A DNA stretch of 58,661 nucleotides, taken from the NCBI GenBank assembly GCA_038236005.1, contig JBBSTI010000003.1:1-58661 (forward strand), read 5' to 3'. Below are positions 41,512-51,354 of this stretch, piece by piece (the first letter of the stretch is position 1; the number at the start of each line of letters is the position of its first letter). Origin of the DNA: Mycobacteriales bacterium. GTDB taxonomy: Bacteria > Actinomycetota > Actinomycetes > Mycobacteriales > SCTD01. Position numbers and translations under genes: made by a program. The notes beneath the pieces are model-generated. The model was not told the DNA's origin and did no database searches. It saw only the letters and a list, made by a program, of their open reading frames with translations.

Positions 41512-43523
41512 GCGGTGACCGACTCGCGGCTCGGGGCCTCCGCCGGGGGCGACGCACCTTCCGGCTCGTCGGGGCGTCGGCGGGACCGTGGCCAGACCGC
41601 TAGGACGGCGCCCGAGACCATGACACCCACCGACAGCCACAGCCACAGCACGAGCGGGTTGACGGCCAGGCGCACCGTCGCGACAGACTGCGCCGCGTCG
41701 ATCTCGGTCAGCACCAGGTAGGCGTCCTCGGTGAGCCCGGTCCGCACCGAGGGCGTGCCGATCGACTGCTGCAGGCTCGGGTAGTTGCTCAGGGCGGGTT
41801 GGTAGACCCCGACGTCTCGGCCGTCCCGCCGCAGCCGCAGGTCGGCGACGACGGAGTCGCGGCGGTCGGTCGGGACGCTGCGCACCCCTTCCAGGGTGGC
41901 TGTCCAGCTGCCGACAGCGATGGTCTGGCCGACGACAAGGGGCTTCGTCGCCGAGGTGGAGTAGGTCGAGGAGGCTGCCACCGCGACGGTCGCGAGCACG
42001 AACCCCAGGTGCACCAGCAGCCCGCCGTAGGTGCGCCGCTGCTGACGCAGGGTCCGGCCGGTCGCGACCAGCGCGCTGGACCGGGTCACGCTCCGGGCGC
42101 GCAGGACGTCCAGGACGACCCTGGTGCCGGTCGCCACGACGACGAAGGCGGCCAGCCCGAAGGTCAGCAGCGCACTCACCCCCCGCAGGCCGGTCACGCC
42201 GAGCAGGCCGGTCACGAGCAGCCCCGCCGCCGCGGCGGGGATGAGCCGGCGTCCGAGCTGCGGCCCGTACGCGCGCCCCCACGGCAGCAGCGGTCCGATG
42301 CCCATGAGAAGCACGACCAGCAGCGCGAGCGGGACGGCCATCCGGTTGAAGTAAGGGGCCCCGACGCTCAGTCGGTCCCCGGTGACGGCCTCCACCAGCA
42401 GCGGGAAGACCGTCCCGAGCAGGATCGTGAAGGCCAGGCCTGCGAGCAGCAGGTTGTTGCCCAGGAACGCGGTCTCCCGGGACAGGGCGGGCAGCAGGGC
42501 GTCCTCGTCGCGCAGCCGGTCCGAGCGCCACACGAACAGGGCGCCGACCGCGAGCAGGACCAGGATCAGGTAGACGAGCAGGACAGGTCCGATCGCGGAC
42601 TGGCTGAACGCGTGGACGCTCTGGATGACGCCGCTGCGGGTGAGGAACGTCCCGAACAGCACCAGCAGGAAGGTCGACACCGCGAGCACGAGGTTCCACA
42701 GCCGCAGCGTGGCCCGCCGCTTCTGCACCATCACCGAGTGCAGCAGAGCGGTGGAGGTGAGCCAGGGCAGGATCGAGACGTTCTCGACCGGGTCCCAGCC
42801 CCAGTAGCCCCCCCAGCCGAGCACCTCGTAGGCCCACCAGCCGCCCATCACCACGCCGGCGGTCAGGAACGTCCAGGCGACGAGCGTCCAGGTGCGGACG
42901 ACCGCCACCCAGGCGGGTCCGGTGCGTCCGGTGATCAGGGCGGCGACGGCGTACGCGAAGGGCACGGTCAGCCCGATGTAGCCGAGGTAGAGCAGCGGCG
43001 GGTGCACGCCCATCAGCGGGTGGTCCTGCAGCAGCGGGTTCGGCCCCGGGCCGTCGGCCGGCACGGGGGTGACCCGGTCGAAGGCGTTGCCGGCGAACAG
43101 CGCGAGACCGAAGAAGAAGGCGCCGATCGAGGACAGCACCGACATCGCCCAGGGGTGCAGGTCCCCGGCGCGGGGGTGCACCCGCACCATCGCGACGACG
43201 GTCACCCCGGTGAGCACGAGCAGCCACAGCAGCAGCGAGCCCTCCAGGGCCGCCCACAGGCTGATCACCGTGTAGTAGGTGGGGACGGCGCGTCCGCCGT
43301 TCTCGGCGACGTAGCGGACGGCGAAGTCGTGCTGGACCAGGGCGTTGACCATCGCGATCACGGTGACCATGGACGCGAGCAGGGCGCCCTGCGTCGCGAA
43401 GCGGGCCTGCCGCGCAGCGGTCGAACCCGGCCCGCGCCGAGCGGCCATCGCCCACCAGAAGGTGGCGGCGGCGGTCAGCAGCAAGCCGGCGGTCAGCCCC
43501 GCGGGCCCGAGCAGATATCTCAC
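41508..43523 (-). CDS. ccmF: heme lyase CcmF
   Basis: HPPLLYLGY, WGGYWGWDPVEN and SVHAF motifs. Confidence 0.95.
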   Translation of the reverse strand: MRYLLGPAGLTAGLLLTAAATFWWAMAARRGPGSTAARQARFATQGALLASMVTVIAMVNALVQHDFAVRYVAENGGRAVPTYYTVISLWAALEGSLLLWLLVLTGVTVVAMVRVHPRAGDLHPWAMSVLSSIGAFFFGLALFAGNAFDRVTPVPADGPGPNPLLQDHPLMGVHPPLLYLGYIGLTVPFAYAVAALITGRTGPAWVAVVRTWTLVAWTFLTAGVVMGGWWAYEVLGWGGYWGWDPVENVSILPWLTSTALLHSVMVQKRRATLRLWNLVLAVSTFLLVLFGTFLTRSGVIQSVHAFSQSAIGPVLLVYLILVLLAVGALFVWRSDRLRDEDALLPALSRETAFLGNNLLLAGLAFTILLGTVFPLLVEAVTGDRLSVGAPYFNRMAVPLALLVVLLMGIGPLLPWGRAYGPQLGRRLIPAAAAGLLVTGLLGVTGLRGVSALLTFGLAAFVVVATGTRVVLDVLRARSVTRSSALVATGRTLRQQRRTYGGLLVHLGFVLATVAVAASSTYSTSATKPLVVGQTIAVGSWTATLEGVRSVPTDRRDSVVADLRLRRDGRDVGVYQPALSNYPSLQQSIGTPSVRTGLTEDAYLVLTEIDAAQSVATVRLAVNPLVLWLWLSVGVMVSGAVLAVWPRSRRRPDEPEGASPPAEAPSRESVTA

Positions 43524-43996
43524 GAGCCACCTGCGATCGCGGCCGCGGGGGTGCCGTTCTTGGGCATGCTGTCGTCGGGAGCCCGGTACTCGTTGCTGTG
43601 CTTCACCAGCAGCAGGTCTGAGCGGAAGACGCCATCGGTGCCCCAGACGCCTTCGACGAGCGCGCCCTGGCCCTCCTGGAACACGCCCCGGGGCTGCCCG
43701 CTGTTGACGACCCGGACGTCCTGGACGCCGTCGGACAGCATGAACGACACACCGTCGGCGGTGCGGGACACCGAGGCCGGCAGCACGAGGCCACCCAGAC
43801 GCAGGCGCTCACCGTGCAGGCCCGGGTCGGCCACCAGCTCGCTGGTCGTCTTGTAGTACACGACGTTGCCCTGCAGGCCGGCACCCGCCAGCACCCCCAC
43901 CGCGACCAGGACGACCACCGCGACGAGCAGCAGACGCCAGGGAAGCCGTCGACGTGCCGCACCGGGCTGGTCGGTACCGGTGTCCAGGGCAGTCAT
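43520..43996 (-). CDS. ccmE: heme chaperone CcmE
   Basis: RLGGLV, F.EGQG..VEG and KHSNEY (HxxxY) motifs. Confidence 0.92.
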   Translation of the reverse strand: MTALDTGTDQPGAARRRLPWRLLLVAVVVLVAVGVLAGAGLQGNVVYYKTTSELVADPGLHGERLRLGGLVLPASVSRTADGVSFMLSDGVQDVRVVNSGQPRGVFQEGQGALVEGVWGTDGVFRSDLLLVKHSNEYRAPDDSMPKNGTPAAAIAGGS

Positions 43997-44094
43997 CGCT
44001 GGTCCTGCCGGCTGGGCCGGCTCCACGCGAAGTAGCCGATCCAGGTGCCGGCCGTGAGCAGGTAGCCGGCGACGACCCATCCCCAGCCCGTCAC
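43993..44094 (-). CDS. ccmD: 33-aa CcmD-like protein (not in the ORF track)
   Basis: MTGWGWVVAGYLLTAGTWIGYFAWSRPSRQDQR*; GTGA and ATGA overlaps with ccmC and ccmE. Confidence 0.7.
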   Translation of the reverse strand: MTGWGWVVAGYLLTAGTWIGYFAWSRPSRQDQR

Positions 44095-44834
44095 GACGAC
44101 GACCGGCTCAGGGCGACGAGCGGCGCTCCAGCGGGTGCCGAGGAGGCAGGCTCGTCAGCAGCGGGACCGTCACAGATCGCGAGCTCACGGACCCGTCGGC
44201 GCAGGACGAGCCAACCTGCCAGCGTGAAGGCGATGACGGCCAGCAGGAGTGCAGCAGCCATCCGTCCGTCCATCGGCGCGGGGTTCGGCGAGAGCACGGA
44301 CGCGGGCTGGTGCAGGGTCCGCCACCACACGACCGAGAAGTGGACGACGGGAACGTTGACGAAGCCGACGATCCCGAGGGCGGCGGCTCGCCGCGCCCCG
44401 ATGCCGCGGTCGTCGCTCAGGCCGCGGACGCTCAGGTAGCCGGCGTAGACCAGCAGCAGGACCGTGGTCGTCACCAGTCGCGGGTCCCAGACCCACCAGG
44501 TACCCCAGACGGGGCGTCCCCACAGGCTGCCGAGCACGATCGCCAGGGCGGTCATCCCGACCCCCAGCTCCCCGGCGGCCTGCGCCCGGCGGTCCCAGCG
44601 CAGATCCCGGGTGATCAGGTAGGCGACGCTCGCGACCAGGACGATCGCGAAGCACGCGTACGCGAGCCAGGCAGCAGGCACGTGGAGGTACATCAGCCGC
44701 TGCGCCTGCCCTTGGACGGCGTCCGGGGGGGCGACCACCAGTGCGAGGGCCAGGGCGACGGCCGACGTGGCCGCGGTGGTCGCGGCGAGCACGCGGTCCG
44801 AGAGCCTCGCCCCGGTCGTTCTCAGCTCAGTCAC
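44091..44834 (-). CDS. ccmC: heme exporter CcmC
   Basis: YLHVP, WGRPVWGTWWVWDPRL and WRTLHQ motifs. Confidence 0.94.
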   Translation of the reverse strand: MTELRTTGARLSDRVLAATTAATSAVALALALVVAPPDAVQGQAQRLMYLHVPAAWLAYACFAIVLVASVAYLITRDLRWDRRAQAAGELGVGMTALAIVLGSLWGRPVWGTWWVWDPRLVTTTVLLLVYAGYLSVRGLSDDRGIGARRAAALGIVGFVNVPVVHFSVVWWRTLHQPASVLSPNPAPMDGRMAAALLLAVIAFTLAGWLVLRRRVRELAICDGPAADEPASSAPAGAPLVALSRSSS

Positions 44835-44840
44835 TTCGGG

Positions 44841-45560
44841 CTACTCCTCGAGCAGTGCAGGAAAGACCGCCCACGAGGCGGTCAGCAGGACGGTGGCGTA
44901 CAAGGCCATCATGACGGCCCACGGCCCGGCTGGCACCGCGGGAGTGCTCAGCTGGGTGCCGGCCAGCAGGGCGGGCAGGCCTGCAGGCAGCAGCAGGGCC
45001 GACAACAGGCCGCGTCGGCGGACCCCGGTGGACACCAGCACTCCCAGCACCGTAGCCACCGAGGCCAGGGCCAGCGTGCCGAAGACACCCGCCCACAGCG
45101 CCGTCAGGGGGGGCGGCGCGTCGAACAGGACCAGGACGGCCACCGAGGCCAACGACCAGGTGATGATCAGGGCGGCCCAGGTGGCCAGCAGCTTGCCGGC
45201 GAACAAGGCTCCCGGGCTCGTGAGGGCCCTCAGCGTGTCCCAGCTGTCCTCGGCGACCTCCGCGCCGGCGACCGATCGGGCGACCACCACCGCGGCCACC
45301 AGCACGGCCAGCCAGGTGGTGCCCCCGGCGGTGCGGGCCAGCGTCAGCGGGGCGGGACCGAAGGCCAGTCCCGCGAGCACGACGAAGGCGCCGACGAAGG
45401 GGATCGTCGTGACCGTGACCTCGCGCCCGGCCCGTTCGACCGCCCACTCCCTGCGCAGCACGGCCACGGTCTGCGCGGTCCGGCTGGTCGGCCGCGCCCA
45501 GACAGGGGGATGAACGAGGGAGGCGCCCTGCCCGGGCGACCCCGCTGGTCTCATGCCCAC
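44841..45560 (-). CDS. ccmB: heme exporter CcmB
   Basis: Six TM helices; E.AED...L; position between ccmA and ccmC. Confidence 0.75.
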   Translation of the reverse strand: MGMRPAGSPGQGASLVHPPVWARPTSRTAQTVAVLRREWAVERAGREVTVTTIPFVGAFVVLAGLAFGPAPLTLARTAGGTTWLAVLVAAVVVARSVAGAEVAEDSWDTLRALTSPGALFAGKLLATWAALIITWSLASVAVLVLFDAPPPLTALWAGVFGTLALASVATVLGVLVSTGVRRRGLLSALLLPAGLPALLAGTQLSTPAVPAGPWAVMMALYATVLLTASWAVFPALLEE

Positions 45561-45608
45561 AGGTTACCGGCGACGGCCCGCCCGGTCACCGCGCAAGACC
45601 GGGTCGCG

Positions 45609-46253
45609 CTACGTCGCCAGAACCAGGCGATGCCCCTCGAAGCCCAGGTGCAGGTCTGCCTCCGGGAGCAGCCGCGCGGGCTGGTGGGTGGCGACCAGCG
45701 TCGCGCACCCGGCCCCGCGCAAGGCCCGCAGGATGTCGATGAGGTCGCCCACCCCCCGCTCGTCCAGCACGGCGGTCGGCTCGTCCAGGCAGAGAACGGC
45801 TGGTCCGACGGCCCAGGCGACGGCCAGCGTGACCCGCACCCGCTCACCGGCGGACAGGCTTCCGACCCGCCGGGACTCCCAGCCCTGCAGGCCGACCAGC
45901 GCGAGCGCTGCGGCTGTGTGCTCGCGGCGCCCGGCGAGACCCGCGACGGCTTCGACGGCGTCAAAGACCGTCTGCGCGCTGCGCACGCCTGAGCCCCCGC
46001 GTACATACAGCGCGCGGCCGGCGCAGCGACGTGTCCCGGTCGAGGGCCTCAGCAGACCCGCGGCGAGCCGCAGCAGAGTGGTCTTGCCCGAACCGTTCGC
46101 ACCGGTCACCACCGTGGTGGTCGCGGCGGCGAGCTGCAGGTCCACCGGTGCCCACACAGGCCGTCCCCCTTGCCGGCGCGTCACGCCCGTGAGCTCCAGG
46201 ACGGCGGGTTCGTCGGCCCCCCTCGGCGCGGGGACGCTTGCTTCGCCGCTCAC
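45609..46253 (-). CDS. ccmA: ABC ATPase CcmA
   Basis: GANGSGKT, LSAGE, LDEP and ATH motifs. Confidence 0.85.
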   Translation of the reverse strand: MSGEASVPAPRGADEPAVLELTGVTRRQGGRPVWAPVDLQLAAATTTVVTGANGSGKTTLLRLAAGLLRPSTGTRRCAGRALYVRGGSGVRSAQTVFDAVEAVAGLAGRREHTAAALALVGLQGWESRRVGSLSAGERVRVTLAVAWAVGPAVLCLDEPTAVLDERGVGDLIDILRALRGAGCATLVATHQPARLLPEADLHLGFEGHRLVLAT

Positions 46254-46338
46254 CGGCCGACCGTACGCTCCTCACCGAGCCCCAGCCCTGTCCCGGACGC
46301 AGACCCGGGTGGAACGTGCGTGGCTGCCCTGGCGTTAC

Positions 46339-46374
46339 GACGAGTCACAGAGCACTGACGAGTCGCAGAGCACT
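46339..46374 (+). repeat. 18-bp direct repeat (two copies) in the ccmA/DUF3105 divergent region
   Basis: GACGAGTCACAGAGCACT GACGAGTCGCAGAGCACT. Confidence 0.8.
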
Positions 46375-46393
46375 ATCGAGGAGAGTTCGCATC

Positions 46394-47035
46394 GTGAGCA
46401 AGCAACGCACCCGGACGGGCGGTCGAGGCACGCCCGTTCCGATCGCCAAGCCGTTTCCGTGGGGCACCGTGGTCGGAGGCTCAGCGCTCGGCCTCGTGCT
46501 CGTCGGCGTCCTCGGCTACGCCGTGCTCAACACCGGCTCGGCGGCTCCCAACCCCTTGCGCGACGCGGACAGCGCCATCAGCGGGGTGACCGTGGCCGAA
46601 ACGGCGCCGAGCCGGGACCACAAGCCGGGATCGCTGACCTACGACGGCACACCGTCCTACGGCGGGGACCACAACAGCGTCTGGTCCACCTGCACCGGCA
46701 ACGTCTACACCGAGCCGATCCCAGAGGAGAACGCGACGCACTCCCTGGAGCACGGTGCGGTGTGGGTGACCTACCGCCCGGACCTGCCTGCCGACGAGGT
46801 GGCCGCGCTCCGCAAGCAGGTCGACGGGATCGACTACCGGCTCATGAGCCCCTTCCCGGGGCTTCCGAGCGCGATCAGCCTGCAGGCCTGGGGTCGCCAG
46901 CTGAGCCTCGACAGCGCGACCGACCCGCGCCTGGATACCTTCTTGCAGAAATACACCAGCGGGCCGCAGACGCCTGAGCGGGGTGCCGCTTGCTCGGGCG
47001 GCACCACCGCCACGGTCACGAAGCCGGCCGGCTGA
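46394..47035 (+). CDS. DUF3105-family membrane-anchored protein
   Basis: GGDH..W..C, HSLEHGAVW, AWG and PERGAAC motifs. Confidence 0.85.
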   Translation: MSKQRTRTGGRGTPVPIAKPFPWGTVVGGSALGLVLVGVLGYAVLNTGSAAPNPLRDADSAISGVTVAETAPSRDHKPGSLTYDGTPSYGGDHNSVWSTCTGNVYTEPIPEENATHSLEHGAVWVTYRPDLPADEVAALRKQVDGIDYRLMSPFPGLPSAISLQAWGRQLSLDSATDPRLDTFLQKYTSGPQTPERGAACSGGTTATVTKPAG

Positions 47036-47275
47036 CCACGATCGGTGATGCCGCCACATGCCACGCCGGGAGACCGACGTCGGCTGAGGGCGCTCTGCGC
47101 CGACACCGTCCTTGTGCAGCAGGGGCAGGGCAGCAGGTTCTTCGTGAGTCGTCGGTCATCGGCGTGCGGTGCGCCGAGGCTGCCGGGTGACGGGCAGCGC
47201 ACCTGCGGGACGTAGTCCGCTGGGACGTGACGGTTCAGGCAGGACGCCGTGTACGGGGCTCGCTACGGTTCGGCG

Positions 47276-47605
47276 ATGACCGTGCCACCGTCGTCGGGCG
47301 ACCGAGAACCAAGGACTGGGCAACCCCGGTCCACCAGACGCGCGCTACCGACGACTCAGCCGCGACGGGCTCTTGCCGTCCTGGTGGCCTATCTCGTGGC
47401 TGTCGCCGCGGTCGCCGCCGGGCTGCTCGTCGCCGCCGCCCCACCGATGGCGCTGCTCCTGACTCTCGCTTGGGCACTGCTGCTTCTCGTGCCCCTTGCC
47501 GTGCTGCTGCCGACCCCGCGCCCGGACGGGGAGGAACCGGCGAAGAACGTGCGGCCGGTCCTGCAGCGTCCGGGCAGCCGCCCCGGGCCGTCCGAGGGGG
47601 CTTGA
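47276..47605 (+). CDS. small two-TM membrane protein
   Basis: Two long hydrophobic segments. Confidence 0.5.
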   Translation: MTVPPSSGDREPRTGQPRSTRRALPTTQPRRALAVLVAYLVAVAAVAAGLLVAAAPPMALLLTLAWALLLLVPLAVLLPTPRPDGEEPAKNVRPVLQRPGSRPGPSEGA

Positions 47606-47641
47606 CATCCACAGGTCGACCCGTGACCGCGTCGGTCCTTC

Positions 47642-49234
47642 GTGACGCCCGCACCCTCTCCTGACGGCGAAGGACCGGTACCCGTGGTCGATCGGCGGCC
47701 GAACGCCCTTGGCGGCGGCCCTCAGGTCCGTCCGGCGTTCGCCGCGATCCTCGCGGTCCTGGCCGGCGGCGCGTGGGCGCTGGCCGCGCCGCCCCGAGGC
47801 TGGTGGCCGCTGCTGTCGGTCGGGGCCGGCCTGCTCGCGGTGGCTCTGGCTCGCCGGCGGGCACGGCAGCGGCTCCTGCTGGGCGCGCTGTGCGGCGCGG
47901 TGCTGTACGGCTCGACGCTGCCGTGGCTGGTGGACTTCAGCCCGCCCGGCTACGTCGCCATGACGTTGCTCGAGACCGGTCTGCTGGCGCTGGCCGCGGT
48001 GGTGACCTTCCGCTGGTGGGCGCTGCCCGCTGCGCTGGTGCTGCTGGAGGCCGTGCAGGCCCGGGTCCCTTTCGGGGGGTTCCCGCTGCCGGGGCTCGTC
48101 TACTCCCAACCGGACGGTCCGCTCGCGCTCGCGGCACCGCTCGGCGGTGGCTTGCTGGTGGTCGGAGCCGCGGTCGCCGCGGGCACCGGACTGGCCGCGC
48201 TGTTCCTGCTGCCGACCGTCCGCACGCGGGCAGCTGCGGCCGTGACCGCCGCGCTGCTGACCGGGCTGCCGGTGGTCGGCGGCTGGGCGGTCACGACGAC
48301 GGCATCGGCCGGGACGCTCGACGCTGTCGTGGTCCAGGGCGGCGGGCCGCGGGGGACCAGGGCGGTGTTCACCGATCCCGACGAGGTGACCGCCCGGCAC
48401 CTCGCCGTCCTGGACGGTGTCACCGGGTCGCCGGACCTGGTGCTGCTGCCCGAGGGCGTGGTGGTCGAGGACGCGCCCCTCTCGGCGACCGCCCGCAGCC
48501 GGGAGCTGGCGCGGTACGCGGTCGCGCTCGGGACCTCTCTGGTCGTGGGTGTGGTCGAGGACGAGCCGGACGGCTTTCGGAACGCGGCTGTCGCTTACGG
48601 CCCGGACGGCGCGATCGTAGGCCGGTACGAGAAGGAGCACCGCGTCCCGTTCGGTGAGTACATCCCGGCCCGCGGTCTGCTGTCGCGACTGACCGACGCG
48701 ACCAGCCTGGTCCCGAAAGACGCCATCGTCGGCGAGGGCACGGCCCGGCTCGGGCTGGCGTCAGCCCCGGTCGGTGTCGTGATCTCCTTCGAGGTGTTCT
48801 TCGCCGACCGGGTCCGTGAGGCGGTCCGGGCAGGCGGGCAGCTGGTCCTGGTGCCGACCAACGCGTCGTCCTACGTGGGCGACGAGGTGCCGGCCACCGA
48901 GCTCGCTGCCGCTCGGCTGCGGGCCCGTGAGTTCGACCGGACGGTGCTGCAGGCCGCGCCGACCGGATACTCCGCGATCGTCCTGCCGGACGGCGAGGTG
49001 CTGGCCCGCACCGAGCTCGGGGCCGCCGCCCTGCTGCGCGCCCAGGTCCCGCTGCGCACCGGCCTCACGCCGTTCGCGCGCACCGGCGACGCGCCCACGC
49101 TGACCGTCGCCGGCCTGATCGTCCTGCTCGCGCTGTTTCGAGCCCGCACCGCGGGGCCACCGCGCGGCACCCGGCTCGGGCGTCGGGGTCGTCGTCCTCA
49201 CCGCGGTGCAACCTCGCGTAGGTTGCTCCCGTGA
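47642..49234 (+). CDS. lnt: apolipoprotein N-acyltransferase (Ser in place of the catalytic Cys)
   Basis: PFGGFP, LLPE, YEK...VPFGEY, ISFE and TGYSA motifs. Confidence 0.9.
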   Translation: MTPAPSPDGEGPVPVVDRRPNALGGGPQVRPAFAAILAVLAGGAWALAAPPRGWWPLLSVGAGLLAVALARRRARQRLLLGALCGAVLYGSTLPWLVDFSPPGYVAMTLLETGLLALAAVVTFRWWALPAALVLLEAVQARVPFGGFPLPGLVYSQPDGPLALAAPLGGGLLVVGAAVAAGTGLAALFLLPTVRTRAAAAVTAALLTGLPVVGGWAVTTTASAGTLDAVVVQGGGPRGTRAVFTDPDEVTARHLAVLDGVTGSPDLVLLPEGVVVEDAPLSATARSRELARYAVALGTSLVVGVVEDEPDGFRNAAVAYGPDGAIVGRYEKEHRVPFGEYIPARGLLSRLTDATSLVPKDAIVGEGTARLGLASAPVGVVISFEVFFADRVREAVRAGGQLVLVPTNASSYVGDEVPATELAAARLRAREFDRTVLQAAPTGYSAIVLPDGEVLARTELGAAALLRAQVPLRTGLTPFARTGDAPTLTVAGLIVLLALFRARTAGPPRGTRLGRRGRRPHRGATSRRLLP

Positions 49235-49420
49235 TCGCGTGCTGAGATGTGCGAGCAGCCCGCGCTGCGCCGGAGCCATGGTGACCGGCCGCATCGGCAG
49301 CCAGGCGGCAAACAGGCCTTCTCAGATCCGTCTGACGTGGCGGGACCCCTCCCGCCACGTCACGTCCGACGAGCTGTGCCGGTGACGGGCCGTCCCGTCT
49401 CCCAGGGCGAGCGATACCTC

Positions 49421-50416
49421 GTGACGCGTCGAGCCTTGTTCGTCGGCGGTGCGGCAGTGCTCACCGGGTGCGCCGCGGACCCGACCCCCGAGGTGCCGTC
49501 GAAGAACAGGGTCACCGGCTCTTCGACGCCACCGAGCTCCCCACGACCTGTCTCCCCGCCCCCGGTCCCAGCCCCTTACGTCGCCCCACCCGGTACCGAG
49601 CTCGTGACGTTCAAGCAGACGGCCGGGCGCTTCGCCGAGGCCCTGGCCACCTCTGACATCTCGGAGGCGTTCCTACCGCCGGTCGGCTACGTCGGTTCGG
49701 TCGCCGAGCTGAGCCAGGTCTCCACGGAGCTGCGCGCCCCCGACCAGTGGTCGCGCGGTACGGCCGAGTTCGTCCAGTACGGGGGCCTGACGCCGGTGTC
49801 GGCACGAGCGGTGTCGGGTGTCGCCATCGTCGTCCTGCGCCAGGTGCTGCTGTCGCCGGAAGGGGGCAGCACCGTTGTGCGGCGCACCCTGGACCTGCGT
49901 CTGCGCCGAGACGCTCAGGGATGGCGCGTCACGGCTGTGGGGTCGGTGGGCGGCAACCCGGTCGAACGACCGGCGCAGCTGTCGGCCGCGGCACGCGAGG
50001 TGCTCGGTGACGAGCGGATCGAGCTCACAGACACCAACCGTTGGGACATCTACTCCGGTCAGACCAACGAACCGCTGCTCGCGACGCTGACGCAGCTCGC
50101 ACAGGTGGCCCGACTGCGGGTGACCGTCCTCAAGACCGGCCACCCGCGCATGGTCGTTGACGGCCGTGCCGCGCCACCGGTCAGCGCTCACTTCCTGGGC
50201 AACGCGGTCGACATCAACAGCCTCGACGGGGTGCCCGTCGCACAGGCCGAGCCTGCTGTGGTCAGCGCCGCGGTGACCGCCGCCGTGAGATCGGCGCTGG
50301 TGGCGCAGGTCGGCACGCCGAACGGGTTCGACCTCGACGGGCGTGGTCGTCGCACCTTCAGCAACCTCGTGCACGCCGACCATCTGCACGTGGCCGTCCG
50401 CGGCGGAGGTTCCTGA
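49421..50416 (+). CDS. putative Tat lipoprotein with an M15-like zinc peptidase motif
   Basis: TRRALF..LTGC; SAH..GNAVD...HADHLHV. Confidence 0.65.
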   Translation: MTRRALFVGGAAVLTGCAADPTPEVPSKNRVTGSSTPPSSPRPVSPPPVPAPYVAPPGTELVTFKQTAGRFAEALATSDISEAFLPPVGYVGSVAELSQVSTELRAPDQWSRGTAEFVQYGGLTPVSARAVSGVAIVVLRQVLLSPEGGSTVVRRTLDLRLRRDAQGWRVTAVGSVGGNPVERPAQLSAAAREVLGDERIELTDTNRWDIYSGQTNEPLLATLTQLAQVARLRVTVLKTGHPRMVVDGRAAPPVSAHFLGNAVDINSLDGVPVAQAEPAVVSAAVTAAVRSALVAQVGTPNGFDLDGRGRRTFSNLVHADHLHVAVRGGGS

Positions 50417-50514
50417 GGGGTCGCCGTTCAGGCGTGCGCGCAGGCCGCCCGGCGGCCGACAAGGGGTGGTGACGTCCCGATCGCCGGCGCGTCGGGCAGC
50501 CTTCCAGCCCGTAT

Positions 50515-50533
50515 CTACTACTGTTCGTAGTAG
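50515..50533. promoter_or_regulatory. BlaI-type operator
   Basis: CTACTAC-TGTTC-GTAGTAG overlapping the AGGAGG SD of the GNAT gene. Confidence 0.8.
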
Positions 50534-50541
50534 GAGGTCGG

Positions 50542-51213
50542 ATGAATAATGCTCAAGCGGGAGACCCACGCGGGTCGGCGGTCCGGCTTGTCCGCGACGC
50601 CGGTTCCGCCGACGTCGTCGCCACCGCGGACCTGCACGTCCGTGAGCTGTCCGACGGTCTGTTCCCTGGTCTCGGCGTTCGCTTCATGCGCGCCTACCAC
50701 GCCACCTTCGTGGACAGCCCGCATGCCGTTGCCCTGGTCGCGGTCACCGATGGGCAGGTGCAGGGCATGCTCTTGGCCGTCGTGGACCCCGCGGCCCACG
50801 GGAGCGTGACCGTGCGCCGATTCGGACCTCGGCTGCTTCTCGCCGGCGCGCTGGCGCTGAGCGTGCGGCCACGCCTGCTGACGCTGTTCCTGCAGACCCG
50901 GTTGCGCCGCTACGCACGGGCATTGTGGCGTCGGCGGAACGCGACCCCGGACAGCAACAACGGGGACGCATCGTGGGCGGTGCTGTCGCACCTCGCGGTC
51001 GAGCCCGTCCGCCGCGGCCGCGGTGACGGCGCCGCGCTGGTGGAAGCACTGCATGCCAGGCTGACCGAGACCGCGGTCTCGGGGGTGGTGCTGGTGACGG
51101 CACCGGACGGGCCTGGCTCGCAGTTCTACCGACGCATCGGCTATGTCGAGGACGGGCAGGTGGTCGGGGCCGACCGCAAGCACTGGGTCCGCTACCGCCG
51201 GCGCCTGGACTGA
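50542..51213 (+). CDS. GNAT N-acetyltransferase
   Basis: LAVEP..RGRG.G..L and FYRRIGY motifs. Confidence 0.85.
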   Translation: MNNAQAGDPRGSAVRLVRDAGSADVVATADLHVRELSDGLFPGLGVRFMRAYHATFVDSPHAVALVAVTDGQVQGMLLAVVDPAAHGSVTVRRFGPRLLLAGALALSVRPRLLTLFLQTRLRRYARALWRRRNATPDSNNGDASWAVLSHLAVEPVRRGRGDGAALVEALHARLTETAVSGVVLVTAPDGPGSQFYRRIGYVEDGQVVGADRKHWVRYRRRLD

Positions 51214-51354
51214 GCCGCGAGCCCCTAGCGCAGCCGCAGGGTATCTTGGGTTCGAGCTGACCGGCTCGAGCGGCACCGGCAGCTGAGCTGCCGGACGCGA
51301 GCCCGACCCCGACGGTGGCAGCGTCGAGCCCCGACACCGGCAGGAGGCAGACGC

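Noticed and set aside
40921-43530. 869-aa, 625-aa (39680..41557) and 237-aa (39303..40016) ORF-track calls
   Set aside because: Only the C-terminal parts are coding (ccmG, ccmH, cupredoxin), starting at GTGA overlaps.
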